Shown: piece after piece, positions 31,123 through 41,587 of the stretch | Numbering within the stretch: the first letter of the stretch is position 1 | Layout of the letters: every line of letters starts with the position of its first letter | Source: an uncultured Chloroflexia bacterium | GTDB lineage: Bacteria > Chloroflexota > Dehalococcoidia > GIF9 > UBA5629 | Reading direction: 5' to 3' | Length of the DNA: 64,000 nucleotides | Assembly: GCA_963751585.1 (NCBI GenBank) | Contig: CAVVVB010000017.1 | Location: 110,201-174,200, forward strand | Translations under genes and position numbers: made by a program | The notes under the pieces: generated by a model | The model's input: the letters and a program-made list of their open reading frames with translations, nothing else | Databases searched by the model: none | Told to the model about the DNA's origin: nothing

Positions 31123-32232
31123 CTAACGTGCTTCTGACAGGGCTGTCGGGGGAGTCTTTACCTCAGGTCCAATTATTGGAGCTTCGCTTAGTCTCAAGGC
31201 TTCCTTTAGATCTGCTACCCCTTCCTCAATTTTCTTGGGAATAACCTTTATTTTGTCAAACTGTGGGAATTTCTCAGTTTTAATTTTCTCAGCCTCTGGA
31301 TTCAAGATAATTAGGCGAAGGTCTCGCTCTAGACTCCTTATGAAAATGTCTCGAATTGTGGGGTCATCAAATCTATAGCCGATAACGACACAAGTTCGAG
31401 CTTTTCCTAAGTATCCTTCAAAATATGTTCTCAGTGACTGGTAGGGCTCGCCATACTGGAAGTCATAAGTGCCAGGTGGGATAAGCACATTTTCTCTCCA
31501 GTAGCCGCGCAGTTCAAAAAGCCCCTCTTCTGCCTCCCTAAGTTCGTGATAGATGTCTCTCCTCCAGTTCAACGACCCGTGCAACTTAAAAAGGAATAAT
31601 TTGTCTACCCCTGGTTCCTGGTCAAACGCTTCCTCAGGAGACCAAATTGGATTTCGGTGTGTTCCTTTCCTTGGTTCATTTTTCCCTAGTTCCTTAAAAC
31701 CCCTTACGACTCGGTCAATACTAGACCCAGGAATATTTTCTAAGGATTCTATGACCTTGTCATAATTCGTCGTGAAGATAGGAACCATATTATCATTCTG
31801 TTCTCTGATAACATGAATATAGTCTTGATAAATTTCCCATGCTTTATCCAACTCCGGCTTATCACCGTATGCAATATATAACTGACTTACAATTTTATTC
31901 TTAAGGCTGGCATATGTGCTGCTAAACAGTTCGTCTAACTTCTGAGTAGCTTCTGGAGTGAGAGAATCCTGCGTGGTGCGATGCGGTGAAAATGCTTCTT
32001 GCTTCAACAGTGGATCTTTGCTCTCCTTTATACGTAGGTCGAGAGCCCTGATAATATCCTCAATAGTAATATTGGGGTATCTCGCAAAAAAATCAAAGAC
32101 CTCCTTCTCAGATTTCCCTAAGGACATATTTCTTACTTCGGTTATGAATTGGTCAGTGGTCTTATATCCCAAAGGAGTAGAAGCGCCTGCCCCAATAAAA
32201 AGGATAGCATCGACTGGGTGAATGTTTGTCAT
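31123..32232 (-). CDS. SIR2-like domain protein (SIR2_2 type)
   Basis: ILFIGAGAS, IFTTNYD, LFKLHGSLNW, VVIGYRFDD; no sirtuin Zn-finger cysteines. Confidence 0.88.
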   Translation of the reverse strand: MTNIHPVDAILFIGAGASTPLGYKTTDQFITEVRNMSLGKSEKEVFDFFARYPNITIEDIIRALDLRIKESKDPLLKQEAFSPHRTTQDSLTPEATQKLDELFSSTYASLKNKIVSQLYIAYGDKPELDKAWEIYQDYIHVIREQNDNMVPIFTTNYDKVIESLENIPGSSIDRVVRGFKELGKNEPRKGTHRNPIWSPEEAFDQEPGVDKLFLFKLHGSLNWRRDIYHELREAEEGLFELRGYWRENVLIPPGTYDFQYGEPYQSLRTYFEGYLGKARTCVVIGYRFDDPTIRDIFIRSLERDLRLIILNPEAEKIKTEKFPQFDKIKVIPKKIEEGVADLKEALRLSEAPIIGPEVKTPPTALSEAR

Positions 32233-32357
32233 TATTCTCGCCTTAATCTAGCTACTTCAAGAGATGTTAACACAATCATACCATAATTTTGTTCAAACAT
32301 CAGAGTTTCGCAACAAGCTCATATGTGACAGCCCAGCTATCATAATAGTATAATATT

Positions 32358-33713
32358 ATGTCTCGTGATAAGAGTGATATTGCTCAAATGAGCCAAAGCG
32401 ATTTACGTAAGCTTTCCCTGTTTCCTATAACAGGGAAAGCAGATAATAGTGGCCACCTTCACATTGGTGGCTGTGACTGCGTTGACCTGGCTAAGGAATT
32501 TGGGACCCCTCTCTATGTTTTCGACGAGCATACTATTCGTTCCAAGTGCCAGGAGTTCCAAACCGAATTCACCAAGCGATACTCGAATACGCTCGTTTTA
32601 TACGCCTCTAAAGCTTTTCTAAATCGGGCTCTGGCAACCATACTCAAGGAGGAAGGTCTGGGGTTAGACGTTGTTTCCGGCGGGGAACTGAGTGTAGCAC
32701 AGCTAATAGGCTTCCCTCGCGAAAAGATATACTTTCACGGTAATAATAAGACGGCTGCGGAGTTGAATCTAGCCCTGGATGGTAAAATCGGCCGAATCGT
32801 GGTGGATAATCTTGATGAACTGGAACTGCTTAATGAATTAGCTGGAAAGAGAAAAGTGAAGCAGGATATACTGCTTCGCCTAAATCCCGGAGTCGACCCA
32901 CACACTCATCGCCACACCACTACCGGAATACTGGACAGTAAGTTCGGATTGCCATTAGCCACCGGACAGGCCGACGGGGCAGTAGCCAGAGCCACGTCAG
33001 CACCCAACCTTAACCTTGTGGGGCTTCACTTTCACCTTGGTTCGCCAATCTCCGATACCTCTCCCTATCAGATAGCTATAGGCCTAGTTGCCAAGTTCGC
33101 GGGCGAAATGAAGACGAAGTACGGCTTTCACCTTGCTGAATTTAGCCCAGGTGGTGGTTTTGCTGTCAAATATACCACCGATTCAGCTACAGCGAGCATC
33201 ACTGACTATGCCGAAGCCATCACCACCACTATAACCACCGCAGCCGGTGAGTACAAATTTGCCCCCCCCAAGCTGGTCATAGAACCCGGAAGAGCTATTG
33301 TGGCACAAGCGGCAGTAGCTTTGTATACCGTTGGTTCAATAAAAGAAATTCCCGGAGTAAGGACGTATGTATGCGTAGACGGTGGCATGGGCGACAATAT
33401 CCGACCGGCTCTTTACGAAGCCAAATATGAAGTCTTGGTGGCCAACAAGGCCAATCATGATGAATCAACTACTTATACTATCGCTGGTAAGTATTGCGAA
33501 TCGGGCGACATTTTAGCGAGAGACGTACGTTTAAGTCCTGTCTCTGCAGGCGATGTCATCGCTATGCCTGTCAACGGTGCTTATTCCATCCCCATGTCAA
33601 GCAATTATAACATGGTGCCCAAGCCAGCCATTGTAATGGTCAAGGAGGGCAAAGCCCGGCTCATCCGCAGACGCGAAAAATACGAGGACTTAACGAAATT
33701 GGACGTGGTTTAG
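32358..33713 (+). CDS. lysA: Diaminopimelate decarboxylase
   Basis: YASKAF, DVVSGGE, HFHLGS, IEPGRAIV, DGGMGDNIRPALY, GKYCESGD. Confidence 0.95.
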   Translation: MSRDKSDIAQMSQSDLRKLSLFPITGKADNSGHLHIGGCDCVDLAKEFGTPLYVFDEHTIRSKCQEFQTEFTKRYSNTLVLYASKAFLNRALATILKEEGLGLDVVSGGELSVAQLIGFPREKIYFHGNNKTAAELNLALDGKIGRIVVDNLDELELLNELAGKRKVKQDILLRLNPGVDPHTHRHTTTGILDSKFGLPLATGQADGAVARATSAPNLNLVGLHFHLGSPISDTSPYQIAIGLVAKFAGEMKTKYGFHLAEFSPGGGFAVKYTTDSATASITDYAEAITTTITTAAGEYKFAPPKLVIEPGRAIVAQAAVALYTVGSIKEIPGVRTYVCVDGGMGDNIRPALYEAKYEVLVANKANHDESTTYTIAGKYCESGDILARDVRLSPVSAGDVIAMPVNGAYSIPMSSNYNMVPKPAIVMVKEGKARLIRRREKYEDLTKLDVV

Positions 33714-33719
33714 AAAAAT

Positions 33720-34754
33720 ATGTGGCGAACAATTGGTCAACCTGAGGCTGTGTCTTTGCTGAAACATAGTATCGGAACCGGTAATCTGGCACACGCTTAC
33801 CTTTTCGTCGGAGCACCAAACATAGGAAAAATGACTTTAGCACTGGACCTGGCCAAGGCGGTTAACTGCCAGGGGAATGAATTACCTTGTGGTGAATGTC
33901 AATCCTGTCACCGGATCGCCGACGGCAAACATGCCGATATCAAGATCGTAAGCATAAACGTACCCGGAGAGGCAAAACCACGAACTGAGATTAGCATCGA
34001 TGATATTAGAGAGCTTCAGCGTAGCGCTAGCCTGCCGCCTTATGAGGGTAAATGTAAGGTATTCATTATCGACGGCGCTGAATATTTATCCAGCGAGGCA
34101 GCAAACTGCCTGCTTAAAATCATAGAAGAACCGCCGCCGCAAGTGCTGATACTCCTTTTGACCGCTGAAGAACCACGGCTCTTGCCGACGGTCATATCTC
34201 GTTGCCAGCGGATAGAATTAAAGCCGCTATCAGACGAAGAAACAGAGAAGATACTCGTGGATATGCACGGCGTCGACAACGATAAAGCGAGGCTCTTGGC
34301 CAGATTGTCCAATGGTTGCCTCGGTTGGGCAATAAAAGTTGCTGTTGACGAAGATTATCTGGCACAACGGAATCGAAGATTGACGGAGATGTTTTCTTTG
34401 CTAACTGTTGGCCTGGATGAGCGGCTGAGCTATGCGGCAAAGACTGCTACCGACCGGCGGGCTGCTGAAGAGACAATAAGGCTCTGGCTAGTAGGTTGGC
34501 GCGATATCATGTTGACCAAATGCGACTGCAAGCACGCTGCTACCAACGTCGACTATGTCTCGGTATTTGAAAAGTGCGCACAAGTGCTCAGTTTGTCAGA
34601 GATCAGGAACTTCATTGATGCCCTTCACGAATCGCTGCAACAAATCGCCGCAAATGCTAATCTGCGTTTGGTGCTCGACATATTGATGCTTGACATGCCG
34701 AAGAAAGAGGGAGTATTGAAGGATATACAGCTACCTTCACTCATAACGGTATAA
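33720..34754 (+). CDS. holB: DNA polymerase III delta' subunit
   Basis: HAYLFVG, PCGECQSC, AANCLLKIIEEPP, LLPTVISRCQ. Confidence 0.9.
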   Translation: MWRTIGQPEAVSLLKHSIGTGNLAHAYLFVGAPNIGKMTLALDLAKAVNCQGNELPCGECQSCHRIADGKHADIKIVSINVPGEAKPRTEISIDDIRELQRSASLPPYEGKCKVFIIDGAEYLSSEAANCLLKIIEEPPPQVLILLLTAEEPRLLPTVISRCQRIELKPLSDEETEKILVDMHGVDNDKARLLARLSNGCLGWAIKVAVDEDYLAQRNRRLTEMFSLLTVGLDERLSYAAKTATDRRAAEETIRLWLVGWRDIMLTKCDCKHAATNVDYVSVFEKCAQVLSLSEIRNFIDALHESLQQIAANANLRLVLDILMLDMPKKEGVLKDIQLPSLITV

Positions 34755-35584
34755 TGGCAGAAATAGTGGGAGTTCGTTTTCAGCAAGCCGGCAGAGTCTA
34801 TTATTTCGATGCGGCGGGTACACCTGTCGAAGTAAATGACCAGGTAGTGGTTGAGACCGCCCATGGTCAAGAAATCGGCAAAGTGGTCATTGCGCCAGAT
34901 CAGGTCATCTTTAATGAAGTATCTGAACCGTTGAAGCACGTTATACGCAAAGCATCGGCCGAGGACAGGGAAAAGGTTACACGACAGCTAGAAAAGGCAA
35001 AAGCCGCGATAGCCAAGTGCCGCGAATTAGTCGAGAAACTCAATTTGCCAATGAAATCAATCTCAGCCCAGTATAACCTGGACGGAAGTCATCTCACTAT
35101 TTTTTTCAGCGCCGAGAAAAGGGTAGACTTTCGCGAGCTCGTCCGTGAACTAAGTCGCAGCCTTAAGACACGCGTCGAGTTAAGGCAGGTTGGGGCCAGA
35201 GATGAGGCGAAGCTGATCGGTGGAATGGGTAAATGTGGTTTTTCATTATGCTGTTCCAGGTTCCTTAGCGAGTTCGAGCCAGTTTCTATCAAAATGGCAA
35301 AGGAACAAGATATTGCCCTCAACCCGACCAAAACATCTGGCATGTGTGGTCGCCTTCTATGTTGTCTGGGCTACGAATACGGGCAATACCGAGCTATGAA
35401 AGAAAAACTGCCCGCCGTGCGGCAGGAAGTAAAAACGGCTCTAGGAAATGCTAAAGTAGTTACCTGCAATCCGCTAAAGGCGACGGTGACCGTAGAGCTG
35501 GAAACAGGGGCCACCGTGGAACTGCCTCTGTGCCAGATAACTTGGAGCCAAAAACCAGCAGGAGAAAATCAGACCAAGTCTTAG
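34754..35584 (+). CDS. PSP1/YaaT (RicT) domain protein
   Basis: RVDFRELVRELS, ELRQVGARDEAK, SGMCGRLLCCLGYE. Confidence 0.92.
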   Translation: MAEIVGVRFQQAGRVYYFDAAGTPVEVNDQVVVETAHGQEIGKVVIAPDQVIFNEVSEPLKHVIRKASAEDREKVTRQLEKAKAAIAKCRELVEKLNLPMKSISAQYNLDGSHLTIFFSAEKRVDFRELVRELSRSLKTRVELRQVGARDEAKLIGGMGKCGFSLCCSRFLSEFEPVSIKMAKEQDIALNPTKTSGMCGRLLCCLGYEYGQYRAMKEKLPAVRQEVKTALGNAKVVTCNPLKATVTVELETGATVELPLCQITWSQKPAGENQTKS

Positions 35585-35585
35585 A

Positions 35586-36089
35586 TTACTGAGGCAGGTA
35601 CTTCTGCCACTCAGTATGCGCACGGAGGTGCTGGTAAGGTACATAGAAGCCGTCATTGTGCGGTGGTTTAGGTATATGAAGAAGCGGCATGGCAGCTTCG
35701 ACCGGCGTGCGCCCAGCCTTCCGCCGATTGCAGGGTATGCAGGCACTGACTACGTTCTCCCAGCTATGCTCACCTCCACGGCGCCGTGGAACAACATGAT
35801 CTAGAGTGAGTTCCTTACTCTCCCGACCACAATACTGGCATTTGTATTGGTCACGATTGAAGACTTCAAGCTTGGTCAGCTTTCTTTGCTGGCGTGGCCG
35901 CCGGATAAAATAGACGAGTCTAATCACCGAAGGGGCATCGAAGACGCCGTCGACAGAGTGGAGGTTACCCCGTCCATTCTCCAAAACCTCAGCCTTGCCT
36001 CGAAACAACAGAATTATAGCTCTCCGCACTCTGCATATATTGAGGGGCTGATAATTTTGATTGAGCACCAGGACCGGCGAGTTAACCAT
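35586..36089 (-). CDS. HNH endonuclease
   Basis: VLVLNQNYQPL, RDQYKCQYCG, TLDHVVPRRRGG..WENVVSACIPCN. Confidence 0.92.
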   Translation of the reverse strand: MVNSPVLVLNQNYQPLNICRVRRAIILLFRGKAEVLENGRGNLHSVDGVFDAPSVIRLVYFIRRPRQQRKLTKLEVFNRDQYKCQYCGRESKELTLDHVVPRRRGGEHSWENVVSACIPCNRRKAGRTPVEAAMPLLHIPKPPHNDGFYVPYQHLRAHTEWQKYLPQ

Positions 36090-36146
36090 GTTGCTCCGCA
36101 GCCATTTCGGGTTATTTTAACAAGAAATCCATTGATCGACAAGAAT

Positions 36147-37571
36147 CTAAGAGGGATAACCTCGCCGGGAATATCGTTTCTGAGACTTATCCTCATGAAC
36201 CCGTGGGGCCCTAATATCACCCCTGTAATCCGGAGCATTGATATTCAAGAATAGGCTGAGGCTAGGGTCAACCATCCGGGAGCTAATGCGTCTCTCAATC
36301 TCATCTAAAGAGAGGCAAGTGGTCATCACCGTAGCCAATCTCGCATTATACCTGTAGTTTATTAGCTGATACAGCTTCTCCTGTGCCCATGGTGTGGCCG
36401 ATTGCTCACCGAAATCATCAAGAATGAGCACTGGAGCTTTCTTAATTTTCTCAAAAAACTGGTCATAGGAAACCTTGCTCTCCGGGCTAAAAGTGGAACG
36501 TAAATAATCGAGCAGGTCAGCAACCACAATAAACAGTACCGATTTGCCTTCCCGGCGCAGATGGTTAGCAATAGCCGCGGCCAGATGTGTTTTGCCACAT
36601 CCGTTAACTCCTTGTAAAACCAGCCAGCCTTCAGGAGATTTGGCGAAATTGACAGCACTACGATAGGCCTGTTCTAAGCTATGACGCTCCTCACTGGAGA
36701 GATTCAGCGATTTGTAATCGAAATTACTGAATGATTTCTTGCTTAGCGCCTCCAACTCTATGCTACTCAGGTGCTCCAAAGTTGGTGAGGACTTGCCCTG
36801 AATTACGCATACGTTGCATAGGTCAGTGTCAATTAGATGCCCTCGCAGGCCTTCTTCAAACTGTTCCACAGGCATATCCGTAGTGATAACCGTCGGCAGA
36901 CGAATATTAAAACGGTGGTTGAGCAACTGCTCCAATTTACTTTTGGCCCACGTGGTGGTGGCGGCCGTGCTCAAGTCATCCAGAATTAAAAGAGGCGCGT
37001 TTTTTACACGCTCAAACAGTTCATCATGGGCAATTTCACTGCCAGGACTAAAGGCGCTCCTAAGGTGATCTAGCAAGTCAGCAGCACTTATATAGAATAC
37101 TGGTTGTCCTAAGTTCAAACGGTAATTAGCTATTGCGCAAGCGAGGTGCGTCTTACCAGACCCGCTCGGACCAACCAAGATTAGCCATCCTTTTGGGGCG
37201 TCGGCAAAGGTTTTAGCAGCTTCGTAGACCCGAGCGAAATTCTGCTGCGGCGCGGCTGCATCATTTCGACCAGTCGGCAAAAGGTTATCAAAGGTTAGTC
37301 GGGATAAAGCGCCAATATTACTAAATTTCTGAAGCTGGGCCAGCTTATCCTTTTTCAGATCATCATGCTTGCAGCTACAGGGCACGACTCGACTGAAATC
37401 AGGGCGCCCCGAAGCCGATAACGGATGTACGAAACCGGCTCCCTTACATATCGGGCAAGACAATCCAGGCGAGCTTTCTTCTATGGATTCAGCGTTTGAC
37501 CATGTGTCCGTAGATCTGCCCCGTGTATTTGTCTCGGTCATCTTTTCTAAGATTTCTCCCAGGTTTTCCAT
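36147..37571 (-). CDS. DnaC/IstB-like ATPase with two tandem AAA+ domains
   Basis: CPICKG..CSC, then GPSGSGKTHLA/LILDD and GVNGCGKTHLA/LILDD; ATG at 37571 (MENLGEIL). Confidence 0.88.
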   Translation of the reverse strand: MENLGEILEKMTETNTRGRSTDTWSNAESIEESSPGLSCPICKGAGFVHPLSASGRPDFSRVVPCSCKHDDLKKDKLAQLQKFSNIGALSRLTFDNLLPTGRNDAAAPQQNFARVYEAAKTFADAPKGWLILVGPSGSGKTHLACAIANYRLNLGQPVFYISAADLLDHLRSAFSPGSEIAHDELFERVKNAPLLILDDLSTAATTTWAKSKLEQLLNHRFNIRLPTVITTDMPVEQFEEGLRGHLIDTDLCNVCVIQGKSSPTLEHLSSIELEALSKKSFSNFDYKSLNLSSEERHSLEQAYRSAVNFAKSPEGWLVLQGVNGCGKTHLAAAIANHLRREGKSVLFIVVADLLDYLRSTFSPESKVSYDQFFEKIKKAPVLILDDFGEQSATPWAQEKLYQLINYRYNARLATVMTTCLSLDEIERRISSRMVDPSLSLFLNINAPDYRGDIRAPRVHEDKSQKRYSRRGYPS

Positions 37572-38207
37572 TATCTTTGCCTTCCGTAGCCCATCGTTCC
37601 AAAATACGGGCAATGTATCTCCAGTTACGCTTGCCTAAAGCGACGGCCTCCTCAAACGCACTATTAATCCACTCCGTCGGATAAAGTTTCTCAGCCTCCT
37701 GCAATTTTTCGGCAATGATAGGCGTTAGCATCCCGATATTCTGTTCGTAAAGGCTGAAAATGTTCGACGGCAATGGAGTTAGCGCTGTTTCACTGCTCTC
37801 GGTGTCAAAGTCAACTGCGGAAGCTTACCTTGCTCAATCCTGCTAATCACCGCTTTAGTATCCTCGCCGTTAAGGAAATAAACGTCTTCGGGCTTTCCAT
37901 CTCTATCACTTATCAAGTGAAGCATAATACCCCGTTGCACAGCCTGATTCAGAGCGTCGCGAAGCACTTCACTCTTGGGTTTAGCGCCCTCTTCGAGGCC
38001 ACTCACAAGGCTTGAGTCAGCCAGGAGTTCATTATAGGTCACAAATTTGGGATAACCCTTACGGCGGCTGAGCAGCCAGAAAATGTGCAATATCACCTTA
38101 AGCTCAGCAATACTGTCTATCTCCGGCATCACCGCACTGAAGAACAAGTTGGGTATCGGAGTAACCTCGGCTCTTGCCGGAAAGCCCGAGAATTGTTTCT
38201 CAGCCAT
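37489..38207 (-). CDS. DnaD-domain replication protein, apparent frameshift near 37776
   Basis: N part TPIPNLFFS..ELKVILHIFW; C part NIFSLYEQNIGMLTP..AFEEAV..RNWRYIARILERW. Confidence 0.85.
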
Positions 38208-38230
38208 TATAATTCGTGCCCAAATAATCG

Positions 38231-39625
38231 TTAAGTCGCACCTAACCGAGTCTGTGCTATGTCTTCGAATTTCGCCGTCTTCGCCCTGAACAACAAACGG
38301 ACCTCTCCCGTAGGACCGTTCCGGTGTTTGGCGATAATGATGTCAGCCATATCTTTGGGATAGGGCTCTATCTCGATATCGTGGTCTTTCTTCCATTCAT
38401 CTTCTGTGACATACATTTCGTCACGGGAGATAAAGAGAACCACATCAGCATCTTGCTCAATGCTCCCACTGTCTCTGAGGTCCGACAATTGAGGCTTATG
38501 CGATGAGCGCCATTCTACGGCTCGACTAAGTTGAGAAATGGCCAATACCGGTGCGTCAATTTCACGGGCCAGCGCCTTCAGTGAGCGTGTTATTTCACTT
38601 AGTTCTTGCACGCGACTTTCAATTCTATTGCCTCCCTGTATTAGTTGCAAATAATCCACGATAACCAGATCAACACTCCGTTCGAAATGAAGCCGCCTTG
38701 ATTTACTTCGCATCTCCACTACTCGTAATTGGGGTGAATCATCAATATATATCGGCGCTTCGGAGAGTATGCCACTGGCTTCCATGATCCTTCTTTCCTC
38801 TCTCTCGCCATAAGTACCCAAACGAACACTTCTAGAATCCACGTTGGCCTCGTTGGCCAAAAGACGCTGAACGACCGCCTGTCTGGACATCTCCAAGCTA
38901 AACAGGGCCACACAAGCCTTCTGATTGATAGCCGCATTTCTAGCAATATTTAGAGATAAGCTAGTCTTGCCCGTGCTTGGCCTGGCACCCAGGATAACCA
39001 GGTCGGACCGTTGCAAGCCCCCTAAAATGTCATCTACGGCAGCGAAGCCGGTAAGGATATGCGGAATTTCCTCTCCGGGGAGTGATGGTTGCCCGGTTTC
39101 TTCAAAATACTGACCGAGAATCTGGCGAATAGGCACAAAATCCTGACGGCTCTGCCGCTGTCTTACCTTGAAAAGAATATCCTCTGCTTTGCTCAAAGCA
39201 ACATCAACCTCAGTATCAGATTCATAGCCAAGAGCGTTAATCTGGCTGCCTGCACTTATAAGTCGTCGCATCACAGCCGCCCTCGAGACAATTTGCGCAA
39301 AATGTTCAATGTGTAGAGAGGTCGGCACCATAGACACAAGATGGCTCAAATAGGCAGCCCCGCCGATCTCTTCCAGTTTATCTCTCTGCGCCAACTCATG
39401 GGCTACAGTAATCTGATTTATCCCGACATTGCGTTGATACAGGCTAAAACAAGCATCATAGACGGATTGATTTTCAGGTATAAAGAAGTCCTCTGGCCTC
39501 AGAAACGTGGCAATCTTGAACATGCTCTCGCTATCAATCAGCAAAGAGCCAAGCACCGCTTTTTCAGCTTCAATATCATGCGGCGGTAGATTCTCACTAA
39601 CCAATTTTAGCCGCCTCTTCCTCAA
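38231..39625 (-). CDS. dnaB: Replicative DNA helicase (true start probably near 39604)
   Basis: [53 protein letters not shown]. Confidence 0.96.
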   Translation of the reverse strand: MRKRRLKLVSENLPPHDIEAEKAVLGSLLIDSESMFKIATFLRPEDFFIPENQSVYDACFSLYQRNVGINQITVAHELAQRDKLEEIGGAAYLSHLVSMVPTSLHIEHFAQIVSRAAVMRRLISAGSQINALGYESDTEVDVALSKAEDILFKVRQRQSRQDFVPIRQILGQYFEETGQPSLPGEEIPHILTGFAAVDDILGGLQRSDLVILGARPSTGKTSLSLNIARNAAINQKACVALFSLEMSRQAVVQRLLANEANVDSRSVRLGTYGEREERRIMEASGILSEAPIYIDDSPQLRVVEMRSKSRRLHFERSVDLVIVDYLQLIQGGNRIESRVQELSEITRSLKALAREIDAPVLAISQLSRAVEWRSSHKPQLSDLRDSGSIEQDADVVLFISRDEMYVTEDEWKKDHDIEIEPYPKDMADIIIAKHRNGPTGEVRLLFRAKTAKFEDIAQTRLGAT

Positions 39626-40055
39626 TGATTACTTTGATCTTAGCTTCCGCTCCCATGCCCAGGTTAATCACTAAATCGTAAGTACCAAGATTATGGAAAG
39701 GCTCCTCCATCTCAACTCTCTTTTTGTCGATCTCAAAACCTGTGAGCCGAGAAATCTCGCCGGCTACGTTAGCCGCGGTAATGGCGCCATGAAGGCGGCC
39801 TTTGGCTCCTACTTTAACCTTAAAATGCAGTTCTTTGCCCTCCATCTCCTTAGCCATGCTATTCAGCTCATCAAGCTGGCGGCTTTCGTGCTCTGATTTC
39901 TCCGCCGACAGCACTTCTGCCGCCTTTGTAGCTGAAGGCGTTGCGGGTAGGGCCAGGCCTTTAGGAATAAGAAAGTTCCTGGCATAACCGTTCGCAACTT
40001 CCCTTATCTCTCCCCTCTTACCTTTCGATACATCTTGCAGAAAAATGACCTTCAC
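39597..40055 (-). CDS. rplI: 50S ribosomal protein L9
   Basis: [22 protein letters not shown]. Confidence 0.96.
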   Translation of the reverse strand: MKVIFLQDVSKGKRGEIREVANGYARNFLIPKGLALPATPSATKAAEVLSAEKSEHESRQLDELNSMAKEMEGKELHFKVKVGAKGRLHGAITAANVAGEISRLTGFEIDKKRVEMEEPFHNLGTYDLVINLGMGAEAKIKVIIEEEAAKIG

Positions 40056-40252
40056 TCTATACCTCCTTTTCTGGGCTCAGAATTGGCAAAACAACTTCAT
40101 AGCATCAAAATGCACTTAATCTCGGTGTTATTTTATAATTTTCTCCGCAGTTTGCCCAGCATAACCGGAGTCCTAGGATGCCAATTTTCAAAAAATCACT
40201 CGCCAGCTAACAGCTACTGCTTAGAATATCCACAGACATACACCTGGGATGA

Positions 40253-41443
40253 TTAGACTAGAAATTCCTCTTTAACCATGGCCAAAGCTTCTGGCTCACT
40301 TAGAAGGTCGACTACGGTCATAGCCATGGCCTTAGCCGAATCTAGCAACCCTTGATGTCCTGACTTTGATGCAGCGGCTAAAGCAAAGTCTGCTGAATGC
40401 AACAGCGCATTCGGCGGAGCGATGGCAATGGTAGGATGAATAGCAGGTATAATCTGGCTGACATTGCCCATATCGGTGCTGCCAAAACCGAAGCGAGGCT
40501 CAAAAAGTTCTACCTTTCGGCCCAAGGATTCCAGGTTCTGAGCAAACAGCTTGGCCAAGGCTGCATTATTCTTCATCGGGGCGTAAACTTCACCCCATCT
40601 ATGTTCCAATCTGGCACCCGTAGCCATCGCTGCTCCCCGGAAACAGTTCAAAACTCTCTCCCTTAATTCATCAAGATAGTTATTTCCCATCGCACGAACC
40701 AAAAATGAACCGGAGCAATGGTCCGGTACAATATTGGCCGCCTCGCCACCAGCCGTAATTATGCCATGAATCCGCGATGTGTCTTTTACATGCTGACGCA
40801 GTGAATTTACACCGTTGAACGCCAAAATCATAGCCTCGAGCGCATTTATTCCCTGCTCTGGAAAAGCGGCTGCGTGCGCGGCTTTGCCGAAGAACTCGAT
40901 GTCGAGCGTAACACAAGCCAGCGCCTCGGTAATCACCGAATCTCTTACCCCCGGATGGATCATCATAGCCACATCAACCCCCTCAAAAGCTCCGTCTCTC
41001 AGCATGATCGCCTTCCCGCCATAAAGCTCTTCTGCCGGTGTACCGAAAACGGCAACAGTCCCGCCACAATGTTCAACAACGTATTTGGTAGCCACCGCCG
41101 CCCCTACTGCGGAGGTGGCAATTATGTTGTGCCCGCAGGCATGCCCAATTTCAGGCAGGGCATCGTATTCAGCCAGCAGAGCGATTACAGGCTTGCCATT
41201 GCCGTATGCAGCTTTGAAAGCGGTAGGCAAATCGGCAAGGTTTTTCTGCAAACGAAAGCCACTTCCTGAGAGATAATCTGCCAACCATCCGGCCGCCTTC
41301 TCCTCCTTAAAACCAAGTTCGGGATTAGCATGGATCTTAAGGCTTAATTCGGAGAGTTTGTGGCTGTCCTGATCTACTTGCCTGATTACCGCCGCTTTCA
41401 GTTCCGCCCTTGTCAAAACCTTGTTTGTCACGTTTTGAGCCAC
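40253..41443 (-). CDS. M20-family amidohydrolase
   Basis: IHANPELGFKE, EYDALP..GHACGHN, GTPAEE, GSTDMGNVS. Confidence 0.92.
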   Translation of the reverse strand: MAQNVTNKVLTRAELKAAVIRQVDQDSHKLSELSLKIHANPELGFKEEKAAGWLADYLSGSGFRLQKNLADLPTAFKAAYGNGKPVIALLAEYDALPEIGHACGHNIIATSAVGAAVATKYVVEHCGGTVAVFGTPAEELYGGKAIMLRDGAFEGVDVAMMIHPGVRDSVITEALACVTLDIEFFGKAAHAAAFPEQGINALEAMILAFNGVNSLRQHVKDTSRIHGIITAGGEAANIVPDHCSGSFLVRAMGNNYLDELRERVLNCFRGAAMATGARLEHRWGEVYAPMKNNAALAKLFAQNLESLGRKVELFEPRFGFGSTDMGNVSQIIPAIHPTIAIAPPNALLHSADFALAAASKSGHQGLLDSAKAMAMTVVDLLSEPEALAMVKEEFLV

Positions 41444-41543
41444 CCCAACAATTAGCCATTATACTCCAAGACTCCGGTATGTTCTACTTACATTTTCACT
41501 AACTTGGAATGAGTTTGCCCTGGCAACCGCAATCGCAATCAGC

Positions 41544-41572
41544 TTGACTTTAAAAATATCTCAACCTATAAT
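41544..41572 (+). promoter_or_regulatory. Sigma70 promoter of the DUF177-rpmF operon
   Basis: TTGACT-17 nt-TATAAT. Confidence 0.75.
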
Positions 41573-41587
41573 GAACTAAATCTGCAA

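Noticed and set aside
35586-36089. HNH gene as a homing endonuclease or defence nuclease
   Set aside because: It resembles the widespread stand-alone HNH family with a VLVLN start, and has no intron, repeat or methylase context.
36147-37571. IS21 istB of a transposon or a prophage
   Set aside because: No istA, terminal repeats or phage genes; it is embedded in the rplI-dnaB operon.
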